A stretch of 64,000 nt of DNA. Source: Lama guanicoe (lineage: Eukaryota). The stretch is from positions 1,000,829 through 1,064,828 of the forward strand of contig MU054925.1 in assembly GCA_013239625.1 (NCBI GenBank), written 5' to 3'. Every line of letters begins with the position of its first letter. The first letter of the stretch is position 1. Below the pieces are notes generated by a model. That model had not been told where the DNA came from, made no database searches, and saw only the letters and a program-made list of their open reading frames with translations. Shown here in pieces: positions 1-11,500 of the stretch. The position numbers and the translations under genes were made by a program.

Positions 1-714
1 CAGGGAGAGAAGGGACAGGAGGGGAGAGGCGGGGAAGGGAAGTGATGGAGGGGCAAGTGACCCGGAGGCAGGAAGAGGCAGAGGCAGAAAGCTCAGTAAA
101 GTAGCCAGTTGCTGGCTGGTAACCTGTTGATTCTGCTGTTTCTACGAATCTGTTAGCTCAGCCTTTCGCCTGAGCAGCCTGGCTTGTTTCTACCCAGTCA
201 GAGGGTGGGCTTCTCCCTTCTTCTCATCCTTTGTTCCTCCCCAATTGCTTTCTGAGTGCTTATGATAAGCCAGGAACAGTCCTCGACACTGGAGAGGCAG
301 GCAGAGCTGAAGCAGGTGGGTTGTTCAGCCGTGGGGAGCCTGTAGGCCAGGGGGAGAGGCAACCCTTCCATCAACAACCACACCAGCAAACACACAGCCA
401 TACCTGGAGGGCAGGGCTGTGGAGGACCAGGAGTTGAGGTGGGGATTGGCGCTTGATGTTACTCTGCCACAAGACTCTTGGGAACTTCTCCCAGGAGGAG
501 AAGTTAGGCTGCAGATGTTAGACTGAAGCTGGACTGGAGGCAGGTGGAGGCAGGGAGACCTGAGGGGAAGAGTGAAGTCCACGTGAGGGCCTGGGAGCAG
601 GTGGGGTCCAAAGTGGTTGGAGTACCATAAGTCAGGACCAGATGGCAGGCAGATCCTGCTGGGCTCTCCAGATGTGATTTCCAGGTTTTGGAAGGCAGCA
701 ATAGGAAGGTCAGG

Positions 715-840
715 TGGGTGTTGAAAAACACCTCTTTGGGAATAGATAATGGTGAGTGTTACACATTATGAATGTAATTAATGCCACTGAATCAACACTT
801 AAAAATGATTCAAGTGGCACATTTTATGTTTTATTTTACT
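715..840 (+). mobile_element. Old L1 (L1M) 3'-end fragment
   Basis: gaatgtaattaatgccactgaat..cacttaaaaatg..attttatgt resembles the L1MA/MB 3' terminus. Confidence 0.7.
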
Positions 841-855
841 CCCTTCATATATGTA

Positions 856-858
<3 letters not shown>

Positions 859-888
<30 letters not shown>
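859..888. repeat. (AC)15 microsatellite
   Basis: Read directly. Confidence 0.95.
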
Positions 889-891
<3 letters not shown>

Positions 892-1159
892 GGCATCTCA
901 CAGATGCCTGGTGTATTTTGGAGGCTAAACCCACAGGTTTTGGGAATGTAGTGGACATGGGGGTTAGGAGATGGAGATTTCTTCTCTTTGGGCCATGTCA
1001 AGTTGGAGGTGCCCGTGAACAGCAACAGGGTGACAAAGCTAAGACCAGGCGGGGGCCGGAGACCTTGGAGAGTCACAGCCATGTATTGACATTAGTATAC
1101 TTGCAACTAAATACTTCAGCAAGCATATCATTAGTTAGAGATCAGTATTTGTTTAAGGT

Positions 1160-1465
1160 TTTTTAACATAAAATTTACACAGAATGAAATATACAAAACT
1201 TAAAAGTCCCATTCAGTGAGCTTTGATAAAAGTGTGCACCTGTGTCAACCAAAACCCACCTGTCAAGAGAGACAATATTGCTGTCACCACAGAAAGTCCC
1301 TTCAGGCCCCATCCCTGTCCATCCTCACCCTCTGCCAGACACAACTGCTGCTCTAATTTTTATCCACCATCAATGAGTTTTGCCTGTTCCAGGTAAATGG
1401 CAGAATGCACTCTTTCGTGTAAGGCTCCTCTCACTCAGCACAGTGGTTTCTGAGCTGCATCCACA
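1160..1465 (-). mobile_element. Old L1 (L1MC/ME-like) 3'-end fragment, antisense
   Basis: cagaaagtccct...ttttgcctgttc...ctcactcagca signature. Confidence 0.65.
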
Positions 1466-4400
1466 TGGCCAACTCTTGAGAAGCTTGGCTGAGAAGGGGA
1501 GGAAGGAGCATGGGCAGTAATGAGGCAAGGTGTGCAGGCAGGAGAGGGTTTCTGAAACGCAAAGGACAGTGGTGTTGTCTGAGTCCTGAGAGGGAAGAGA
1601 TGCCTAGGGATGTGGAAGATCGGGCGTAATTGAAGGAGTGGGGCCCCTGGAAGAGGCAGGTCTGGATCCTGAGTGTGGAGGAGGCATTCTGTTGTGTGGC
1701 ACACTGGAAGCAGGGCCATCATTTGAGCCAGAAGGCAGGGGAAGGTGACAGGCCAGGACAGGGAGGAGAAATTGAACCAGCCGATATGGAGGAAAGCTTC
1801 CTAGAGAGATGGAGTGAGTTAACCGGGCAGCTGTACGGGCCCAGGAGAAGCTAGGACATAAGTTAATTTATAGTGAAGCCCATTTGTCTAGTGCCCATTC
1901 AGCTGTTAGGGTGCAGGCAGGGAGAAAAGGTGTGCAGCTGGATCTGGTTCTGAAGCAGACACAGGTCAAGAGAGCGCAGGGCATTTAGCAGAGTGTGACC
2001 AGAACGACAGACCACAGATTCAGCCGGGTGAGAAGGGATATGAAAGCAGAGGGCCCACGGCCGAGCAAAGCAGAGGCTCGGCAAGGGAGTCTCCACAAGG
2101 CTCTAGGGCTGCTGTTGTCGGGAGGCCTGGGAAATGACCTCAAGGCTGGAAGAGGACAGGCGCGGGGGCGATTTTGGAGGAGAGACCATTTTGGACAATG
2201 GTCAGTTCGAGGGTGAGGCTGAGGGATAGAGGTGTCAGGTGGGTCAGCCACATGGCTGCCATCTGTGGTGACTGTGGGAGTCAGTTCAGTGGAGGCCTGA
2301 GAGGCAAGGGCCAAGGACTTTTGAGAACCGGAGGCCATGATGAAGGGGCCGGGAAGGCAACAGCAGCCAGGAGAGGAGCAGGGTGGGGAAGCCAAAGGCC
2401 GAGCCCCGAGGGTCCCGGGGATTTTGAAGACAGGGTGAACCACGTTCTGGGGTCAGGGGAGCATAGCTTCTCCTGGCGAGGGGACCAAGAGGAGTGTGGA
2501 CTTGGGGTGTGGGGAGTTGACTTGGTCCTGGACAGAAGATTTTATAGGGCACAGTGAACAGGCCAGGGAGGGAGGGAAGGCCCTCTGGAGCAGGGTCAGG
2601 AGAGTTGAGGGATGTCAGAAGGTGGAGAATGATCAGCAAGGGGATGGATTCTCTCCCTTTCACGAAGCTCCAGGCTAATGAGGCCTTCCAGCCCTAAGCA
2701 GCAATTAGGTTTAGCCTCTACTACCGAAATCTTGGCCTCAGATGCTGGGCAGATTCCCAGGGCCTCCCTCAGGGTCCCAACCTGCTGAGATTGTCACAGT
2801 CCTCCCCTGTGGGCCAGGCCTGGCTGACCCAGCTCTGGATCAATGTGCCCTGCCCTAAGGGACCCTGTGGTGCCTACCCCTAAGCCTGAGGTCAGCCAGC
2901 TGATGGGCAAAGCAGGTCAGTAGCAGACTTCGGGCAGCTGGATGCCTGGTGGAGCACATGATGTGCCCAATGCCATGGGCAGTGCGAGGGTGCAGGCCAG
3001 CCCTTGTCCTCGGCTCACAGTGGGTTATGTGCCTCCTGTCGAGGCGTGGCCAGTGATTCATAGCCCGGAAGAGCACGGAGCACATCGGCCAGTGGGGGAC
3101 CCTCCCAAGAACCTCTGGATTTGGCACCAGCAGGGAAGGCTGATTTATAAGCTGGTTCTGTGATGTTTCAACTTGTACAAAAATGGAAAAAAGCATGAAT
3201 GCAGCATCAGGCATGATGTCAGTGCGGTGATCCGACACACTGAGTCCCTGCTGTCCCAGGGAGGGCTGGGCCTTAGAGGCACAAGCCGCTGCTCTCTGCA
3301 GGAAGACAGGCTAAGTGACGTCTTCTTCCTTGCTGGTGGGGAGGTGGGAGGGGACGGTGGAAAGAGAATCTGTTACGGCTGGGGGCCCTCAGCGCTTCTT
3401 GGCAGCAGTGGAGGTGACAGCACTGCAGGCTCCACCCGGGAGGAGAAGCAGATTCCCCGGGCAGCATTCTTTGGGGCCAAATATGACATGCAAGGCTAGA
3501 TCCCACCATTTGGGGCTGAGGCACAGGGTGGCAGTGCCACCTGTGTCCCTGTGGGAAAAATGTAGAAGCCCCCCTTAAGAACTGCCACCACCCCCTTCCT
3601 ACCCCCGAGCCCATTAGAGAGGGAACCACGGGGAGTAACTACGCAGACAAATCATGGCTGACTGCTCATCCAACACATGGTTCACAGAGCTCCCAGCTGG
3701 TCCCCAGGCCTCTGGATTCTCTGGTGCCACCTTAGCTGCCCTTCTACACATTGAACAGTAAGGGAGCAGCTAAGAAGGGCTCTTCTTGAGGAGACAGTCC
3801 CTTCAGAGCCACAGAGCCCACAAGGCCTGCTTTACTGAATCCCTAGCAGGCTCCTGGCAGAGCAGGCAGTGGCTCCCGCTTTCCTGTAGCTTCTGCTTCC
3901 CCCACCTCCAAACCAGCTCTTGGCCTGAGCCTGCCATTCCCTACAACTGCTCAGGCCCCCACTGGGCTGAGATGGCAGGATGGGCCTCCTTACTGGCAGG
4001 AAGGGTCAGCTTGACAAAAGCTAGTGTCTGGCAAAGCCATCCATCTCCATCTCCATCTCTGAGTAAGCCCCGGGAAGCCCCCTTAGCTCCGCATCTGGGT
4101 CTTGGGGCATGAGGTCTATGACCCACCCTTCTCCTGGCCAAGAGACAAGAGGACTTGAGGCAAGGTTCCCTGTTGCACTGGTAGAAGGCCATGCCCTCTG
4201 ATTCTGGTGTCTAGCCGGCTAGGAGGGTGCCCAGAAGCCACAGACACTGTTCAGCCGAGGAAGCCTCTCACTGCTGCTGGTCCCAGGGTTTGGGGGAGCT
4301 GCCACAGGCCTGGTCATGTATACCCAGCCTAGGTGGGCAGGTGGCTGGTGGTGCATAGCCGTCTCTCTCCCTACCCAGTGGGACAGCCTTCATCCCCCTA

Positions 4401-6049
4401 ACACGGGGTGAGGACCTTGGAGAGGGTGAGGGTGAGCTCCTCCCAGCAGGCTCCTGGGGGTCTGTGGGGGAGGCAGAAACAGAAGTCTTACTATGTTCAG
4501 AGAGATCCCCCAGCCAGTGTCCTCCTTGGGAGCCTCGTGTGCTGGGCCTCTCTGCTGGGCCCGAGCCTGGGAGGGGCTGGGGGAGGGCACGGTCAAGGCT
4601 TCTCACTGTCTGGAAGAGGCTGGATAGAAATAGCTGCGCCCATCTGGGAGATGAGTCACTGAGGGGCGTTTTAGCCGTTTCTTGGAGAGGTTCTATTTTA
4701 GGTGAAACGCCTGTGACAGCCTGGGTGACGGGGGCTGTGTAAGGGAAGGTTCTGGTGGTGAGTGCAGGAGTTTTAGCACATGCCCTGGTTCAACCCTGTC
4801 CAGAACCCAAAGGAGGGTCACCCTGAAGTCCCAGGATAAAGAGCCTTACCTCCTAGGTTCCTCTTCTTGGAAATTCCCACCTCAGGGCAGGCCACAGCTG
4901 GTGGGTGCATGACAGACACAGGACCTTGGGTGTAGGCTGGGCACCCACCGCAGGAACTGAATTTGTGGCTGCTGCCCTGGGTCAGGGCCTAGCCTCTCCT
5001 TGGGAGGGTGATCCTCTCAGGGTCCCTCTGAGAGTGAGTAATCAGCTTGCCCCTGGAAGCTCACTTTTGGTGGGAGTGAACCCCCCTCACCCCTGCCAAG
5101 AATGACTCTTCTAAAGGAGTCTTTGGACTGAGTTCCAGGGACGCAAATCGTTTCGTCTGTGGCTTTCTCTGTCCAAAAGTAGATGAAGCTGCCTTGGGTC
5201 TTCAAAAGCATCTAGCTGCGGCGATGGCTTCACACTGTGGTGCTTGGGCATCACTGTTGTTAGGGTTTCTAGAGCTGGGCTTGGTCTTTGAGTTTTGCAG
5301 GGGCAGCTTCTAGATCCATGACCTGACCTATATGAGACTAAGTGGCCTCCAGAAGAGGCAGACATGCAAAAGGCACCAGGCTCCAGGCTGCAGCTCAGGA
5401 GCAGGACAGGGCTGGCAAGGCCAGTCTCGCCAGCAGCACTGCTTCCTGGCTGGGTAATTGCACGAGCTGGTTATGAGCCAATCTAAATCATATTAGATCT
5501 TGGTTTTCTCTACTGTGAAGACAAAATGAAAGAATGCTTGTGAACATGCTCTGTGTAGTGCTGGATGACGGGGTGGATGCACCAAAGTGCAGTCTCCTCC
5601 CCACTCCTCGGATGCTGCTCTTGTGCTTCTGGGAAAGACAGCCAAGCCCAGGCTCCCAAACTGGCAAGTCAGCCCCGGCGGCAGCAGCACAGCCCTACGG
5701 CCTCCAGGCATGGAGCAGGCCTGAGGGACCCCGAGGGTGAACAGAACAGGCCTTCTGCCCCAGGGACCAGACTGGACCTTTCCCTGGCAATGGGGCCACC
5801 ACGGGGCTTTCAAAGACTCTGGCTGCAACCATAGATGAGCAGACTTAGCCTCTGTCCTTGGATCTGGTTGAGAAGGAGGAGCCAGCCTCCTCCTTGTTGT
5901 CCGAATCTCCAATCTCATGGCCAAGGCCTTGGGAGAGCCGTGCCCCTAGTAACGGGTTATCGGGACTAATCCCACAGGGAGCCTGTCTGGAGTGAGCCCT
6001 GCTTCGTGCACACATCACCTCAACAGGAGCTCAGGGACCAGTAGGGAGA

Positions 6050-6490
6050 CAGGAGACACCCAAAGAAACGAAGTAGCGGAAACTTGGGGAAAGAATAATT
6101 ACTGTGAAGAAAATAAACAGGTGATTAGATAAGTACTTCGGAGGTGTTTTAGATCATGTGGCGAGGGAGGGCCCTGATGGGGAACTGGTACTTGGTTGAG
6201 ACCTGCACAGCTAGCTGGGCCTGAGGGCAGAGGGAATAGTGAGTGCAAGGGCCCCGGTTATAGAGGAGAGCTCACAGGACCGCTTGGCAGAACAGGAGGC
6301 CCAGTGCATCTTGGGTGAAGCAGCTCAGGGGAGAGGGGGATAGGCTGGGGTAGATCAGGGGCCTCATGGGCCATGGGAAAGAATTCCCATGGTAAGCATG
6401 ATGGAATCCACTAGAGGGGTTCGAGGAATGTGTGACTGCCTCTGCTCTGCTCCACACACCTGGAAGTGACGTGCTCTGATTTATATGTGG
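6050..6490 (-). mobile_element. L2 fragment (continues at ~7210-7330 after interruption)
   Basis: ggcagagggaatag..tgcaagggccc, gtgac..tctgattt and gatcactgtggctgct resemble the L2 consensus. Confidence 0.55.
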
Positions 6491-6870
6491 ATTTTTTGGA
6501 GGGAAATAATATTGACTTATGTAACTGGAGGTCTGAGGGTAGACTAAAGGCATAGGTGAACCCAGGGAATTAAGTGAAGTCATGAGATCTGCCTGCTCCT
6601 CCTTGTTTTGGCTCCACTTCTGACTGTCTGCTGACTTCATCCTTAGTACCTGTCTGCCTACTGGGCAAGATGGCTACTGACCACTAGAAGGCTACATCCT
6701 TCTGACGAGTGATCCTATCGCCTAACAGTCATCCACCAAGTAACATGGAAGGGCTCTGGTTGGCCCTGTTGACAAGGTCACCTGCCCATCCCTGCACTGC
6801 CCCCTCCCCAGCTGAAAGCAGTGATTGGCCCACCCTGAGTCATGAGCCTGCTTTCCTCAGGGAGGAGTTA
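6490..6870 (-). mobile_element. MLT1-type (ERVL-MaLR) LTR remnant
   Basis: ggctctggttggccc..ggtcacctgcccatccctg..gtgattggccc..gtcatgagcc signature. Confidence 0.5.
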
Positions 6871-7667
6871 ATGACACGTGAACAGCAACACAGGCCTTGT
6901 TTATTCTGGAGGCACAAGTTATCCCATTTTCTTTAAAAAAATTGTCTTCCTTAAGAAAACAAAAGCCTTTTTCATTCTACTTACGTCACTTACATTGCTT
7001 AACTTTGCCTTCACTTCTTTTGCTCTCAAGATTGTTCATATATGTCTTGTCTCCTCAGCTCGACTCCAAGCTCCTCCAGGACAGGAATTATGGTTTCTTT
7101 TTATTCGCTATGCCTCCTTCTCCCACCTGTTTCTCTTTATTCATTCTGCAAGTTTTTTACTGAATACCTACTGCATACCAGGCACTGCTCTAGGGCCATG
7201 CTATCCCTCCTGATTTACGTTTGAGATCACTGTGGCTGCTTTGTGGAAATGGCCTGAAGGGGGCAGCAGGGGAAAGAAAGTGACCAGTTGGAGGCTAAGG
7301 GGTCATCCAGCCAGGAGGATGGTAGCAAGGATTGATGAGGCAGGATGTGGATGGAGATGGATGATACACACAGAGCAGAGGCAGAGCCACTGGATGTGGG
7401 GAGGACCCTGGCAGGCAGTGGGTTGGTAGTTGGGGATGGGGAATGTGTAACTGCCTCTGCTCTGCTCCACACACCTGGCAGCTCCTAGAGGGTAGGGTGG
7501 TGCCATCTGCCCCTTCAGCCCCGCCTCCTGGCAGCCCAGAAACACCTGAGCCAGGCTGGGCGCTCCTGCCTATGCAAGGAGTTGGGCCTGGCTGCTGGCT
7601 GCAGTGACGTGGGCCACGGGCGCCCCCAGTCCTGACCACCCTGATAACCATGATGCTTCCTCCTCAG

Positions 7668-8552
7668 GTGAAGGAGTGGCTCTGTCTGAACTGCCAGATG
7701 CAGAGGGCTCTAGGGATGGACATGACCACTGCGCCTCGCTCCAAGAGCCAGCAGCAGCTGTACTCCCCAGCCCTGTCTCCAGCCCAGTCCCCAGCCAAAC
7801 AGCCCCTGGGGAAGCCAGAGCAAGAGAGATCACGGGGCCCAGCGGGACCACAGCCTGGCCCCCGCCAGGCTGAGACAGCCAGGGCCACCTCAGTGCCGGG
7901 GCCTGCCCAAGCAGCTGCCCCTCCAGAGGTGGGGAGGGTGTCTCCACAGCCCCCTCTCCCCATCAAGCCTTCCACAGCTGAGCCCAGGCCACCTGCAGGG
8001 GAGGCCCTGGCCAAAAGTGCCACCACAGTGCCCTCTGGGCCTGGTGCTGCTGAGCAGACCCAGGAGGGCCTCACTGGGAAGCTCTTTGGCCTTGGTGCAT
8101 CGCTGCTGACCCAGGCAAGCACCCTCATGTCTGTGCAGCCTGAGGCTGACCCCCAGGGCCAGCCTGCCCCCAGCAAGGGGCCGCCCAAGATCGTCTTCAG
8201 CGATGCCAGCAAGGAGGCTGGCCCGAGACCCCCAGGCTCAGGGCCTGGGACTGGGCCAGCACCTGGAGCCAAAACTGAGCCTGGAGCTGGAACAGGTCCT
8301 GGATCAGGGCCTGGAGCCCTGGCGAGAACTGGGGGAACAGCCAGTCCAAAGCATGGCAGAGCAGAACACCAGGCAGTGTCCAAGGCTCCTGCCAAGCCAA
8401 AGACCATGCCGAAGGAAAGGGCCACCTGCCCACTGTGCCAAGCCGAGCTCAACGTGGGCAGCAAGGGCCCTGCCAACTATAACACCTGCACCACCTGCAA
8501 ACTCCAGGTGTGCAACCTGTGTGGCTTCAACCCGACGCCCCACCTGGTGGAG
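7668..8552 (+). CDS. BSN: BSN exon 3 (end of Zn finger 1 to most of Zn finger 2)
   Basis: cctcag|GTGAAGGAGTGG ... GTGGAG|gtaaga; 885 nt; VKEWLCLNCQ...PTPHLVE. Confidence 0.96.
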
Positions 8553-11500
8553 GTAAGAGAGCTGGACCAAGCATGTTCCTTTGGGCCTTGATGAGGGGCC
8601 GAGGCCTGGGGTCATGGGGGCATGGGAGCCAGAAAGGGCTGCGGAAAGCTGGGTCTGTAACAGTCACAGGGCTGCCCCTACACAGCTGCAGAGGGGCTAT
8701 GCTCCCTTATCTGTCCCTGCCCTGGGCCGGTCCTTCCACTCAGAGAATAAACTGGCACAGCGGATGGAATAATCATGCCCGCTGCCTCTGACTGACTGAC
8801 CAGTGCCCTAAGACTGGTCCCAGAGGTAGCCAGGCTCTGGAGGCTCTGAACTGGCCTCCCCATTCCCAGCTTTCACGGGGATGGCCCTGATGGAAGATGC
8901 CAACCACCCCTGCTCATGTAGGACAACCCTGAGGTCCCACCCTGCCCTCAGTCTGACCCTCACAGAGATTAAAGGGCTGTTAGGCAGAGGCCTGTGTCCC
9001 CCACACAGGCTCTAGCCCAGCCAGGCAGTATCCTCCTATCATCCCTTCCTCTGAGGTCATGGGTTTTGATGTCTACTTGTCAAAATCACAGCCTTTGGTC
9101 CACATGTTTTCCCCTGGCTGGGCCTAGTCTCCCCGGGACTATTTGTGGGGATGCGCAGAGATGCTCTTCTTACCCACAGGGAAGTTTGAGAAAGTGCTCA
9201 AGACAGGTTGAGGCCTGTCTTTGCGGTCTCTCTCCCAAGAGAGAGTTCTGGTCACTGTGCAAACCTGAGTGGAAGGGAGTAGGAGGCCTAGTGTTCTCTC
9301 AAAGCCTGGGGCCCAGCCCGGGGCCCAGCCTGGGAGGCTCCGAAGGTGTGGAGGTACCGTGGCAGAGCTGGACGAGCCTGGGCCTGGAGGCTGCTTCTGC
9401 TTACCCACTCCCTTACCCGCTCCGCCCTGCCCAGGGCCATCCATGTGAACCCTTGGCTGCCTTGGGCGTAGCTGGATGTGTCCCCTTTCATGGCGTGCCC
9501 TTGGGGTCTATGACTGACTCCTCTTGGCAGGTGGATGTGCCCCCAGCTGTGTCGTATCAGGAGATGGTCAAGCCAGCCCCCTCCTCCTGCACACAGGGAG
9601 TCACCTGAGTCCTTGGGGCTCCTGGGACGGCAGGAGCATGGGAGTGTGGAGCGCGGACCACCGCTGGCCCAGAAAGCAACAGAGAAGCGCGTGGTGTTGT
9701 TGTGGTCTCTGCAGCACCTTGTTCTGACTTGCCTTGGGCCAACCTCCATGGGAGCAGCCCGTTGCGAAAAGGAAGATAACTTTGGCTGCCACAGGCCATC
9801 TTTTCCAACATGCAGGGAGGGGCAGGCTAAGGGGACAAGCAACCTCATGTGATGCCCATGTGGCCCTCCAGACCCACACTACTACCTCCCAAGCCCTTGG
9901 TCCAGTGGTTTACTGGAGGACAACTGGCCAGAGAGCCAGGTGAACAGAGAGGCAAGGGGACACCAACAGGGTTACCACGGCACCAGAGGCACTCCCGTCA
10001 GAGCCAGGCATGCACTTACTGCTGGGTGGGGTGGCCCGACGCTGAGGGGCTGAGCCCAGTTGGACTGCTGAGCTGGCCCAGCCTGGAGGTCCCTGAGAGA
10101 CCTCTTGGCCTACATTTCCTCATTAAGCAGAATGTGCAGAAAGGAAGGGAAAACTCTCTCTGTCCGGGAGTATAAATGTTCCTGACAGTTCCCTTCAGCA
10201 GCCTCTGGGCCAGGCCAGGGGAAGTGCTGATTCTACCCAAACAGAAGTGTCTCAGTCACATGCTGACTCTGGGGGAGCAGGCTGGATTCTGATCCAAGCC
10301 TCTCACTGCTACTTGGTTGTCACCTCCCTGAATCCCGGAGCTTCTGCCCCTTGATGGCCAGCATTGCCCCCTGCCCCAACCCCTCCATGTCCTCCTGTCT
10401 CCATATCCTGCCCCACTGCCACCTCCTGGGCCAGGACGACCCTTGCCTCCACAGGATCTGATGGGTTCCATGGGCCTGATGGCCATGCTGCTGGGCACCC
10501 TGCTCCTCCTAGCTCCTCCCCACCCGCGGCCCCTGTTTCCCTGCTGCTTGCTCCTAACAGCAGCCAGAAGGTGGCCCAGCTTCTCTGACTCCTTTCTCCT
10601 CATGGCTCTGCTTGTTAATGCTGCCATCCTCAGAGGGCGTGTGGCTGCTTCTGGGGAAGGTGTGGATGGGCAGCCATGATGCCCCCTCCTGTGGTTCCCA
10701 TGGAGACCGTGCCACCATCAACGCTGAGATGCAGGCTGGCAGCCTGGGGTCATCCTCAATTCCCTCTCTCTCACCTCAGCATCCACTCCATGGACCACGC
10801 CCTGCTGGCATTGCCTCCCCACTGGCCTCTGCTCTCCATCCCTGTAGCCATGGCCCTACTCTAAGCCCTTGTCCTCTCTCATCCAATGACCGAAACCTTC
10901 TCGTGGCTTTGCCTGCTTTGGGTCTTGCAAGGGGCTGATGGGGAGGGGCTGGTGCTTGGTCTGTCTCCTTCCCTCACCCTCCCCACCAGCACTGTTGCTT
11001 TCCTTCCCTGAGACTCTTAACCAGGCCACGGGCCACCTCCAATCTCATCTCAGTAAATGGCCACTTGGCTTTGGAGCAATTTTGCTCTTCCCTTTGTGTT
11101 CTTGATAAAAGGCTCCTGATTCTCAGTAGGTGCCCCAGACACATCCTGCCTTGGAAGTGAGGTGGCAGTTCGAGCAGGTTCTTCTGCAGGACTGAGGGGT
11201 AGGTCTGCCCTGGTTGTCTCTCCCACACCTTCCTTGACCAAGGCTGGCCTGTCAGATTGGGCATGATTGTGCTGTCTCTGTGACCATGTGAGGCAGAGGG
11301 ACCTGTGTCTGCATGCAGGCTGGGGGCCCTAGGGCAGGATGGACCAGGGAGCCCCACTGTTTGCTCCCCACAGGCCTGTTGGGCCTGCTGTGGCTCCACT
11401 TGAGGCCAGAGCCTCCTGTCTGAGCTGCCAGGGTGGGAATTACCCTCAATATCTCTGAGCTATAAAAATCTTTTTACCTTTTTTGTGGCCAGGGAGGCCA

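Noticed and set aside
1890-2650. Purine-rich ORFs in BSN intron 2
   Set aside because: Looks like degraded L2-type sequence; too diverged to bound confidently and no coding support
3155-3245. Possible intronic C/D-box snoRNA (GTGATGT/ATGATGT ... CTGA)
   Set aside because: Imperfect C box, no terminal stem, no recognisable guide sequence
7664-8476. 270-aa antisense ORF and the many other antisense or alternate-frame ORFs over BSN, MST1 and the CpG islands
   Set aside because: Expected shadows of GC-rich coding sequence with few stops; no recognisable domains
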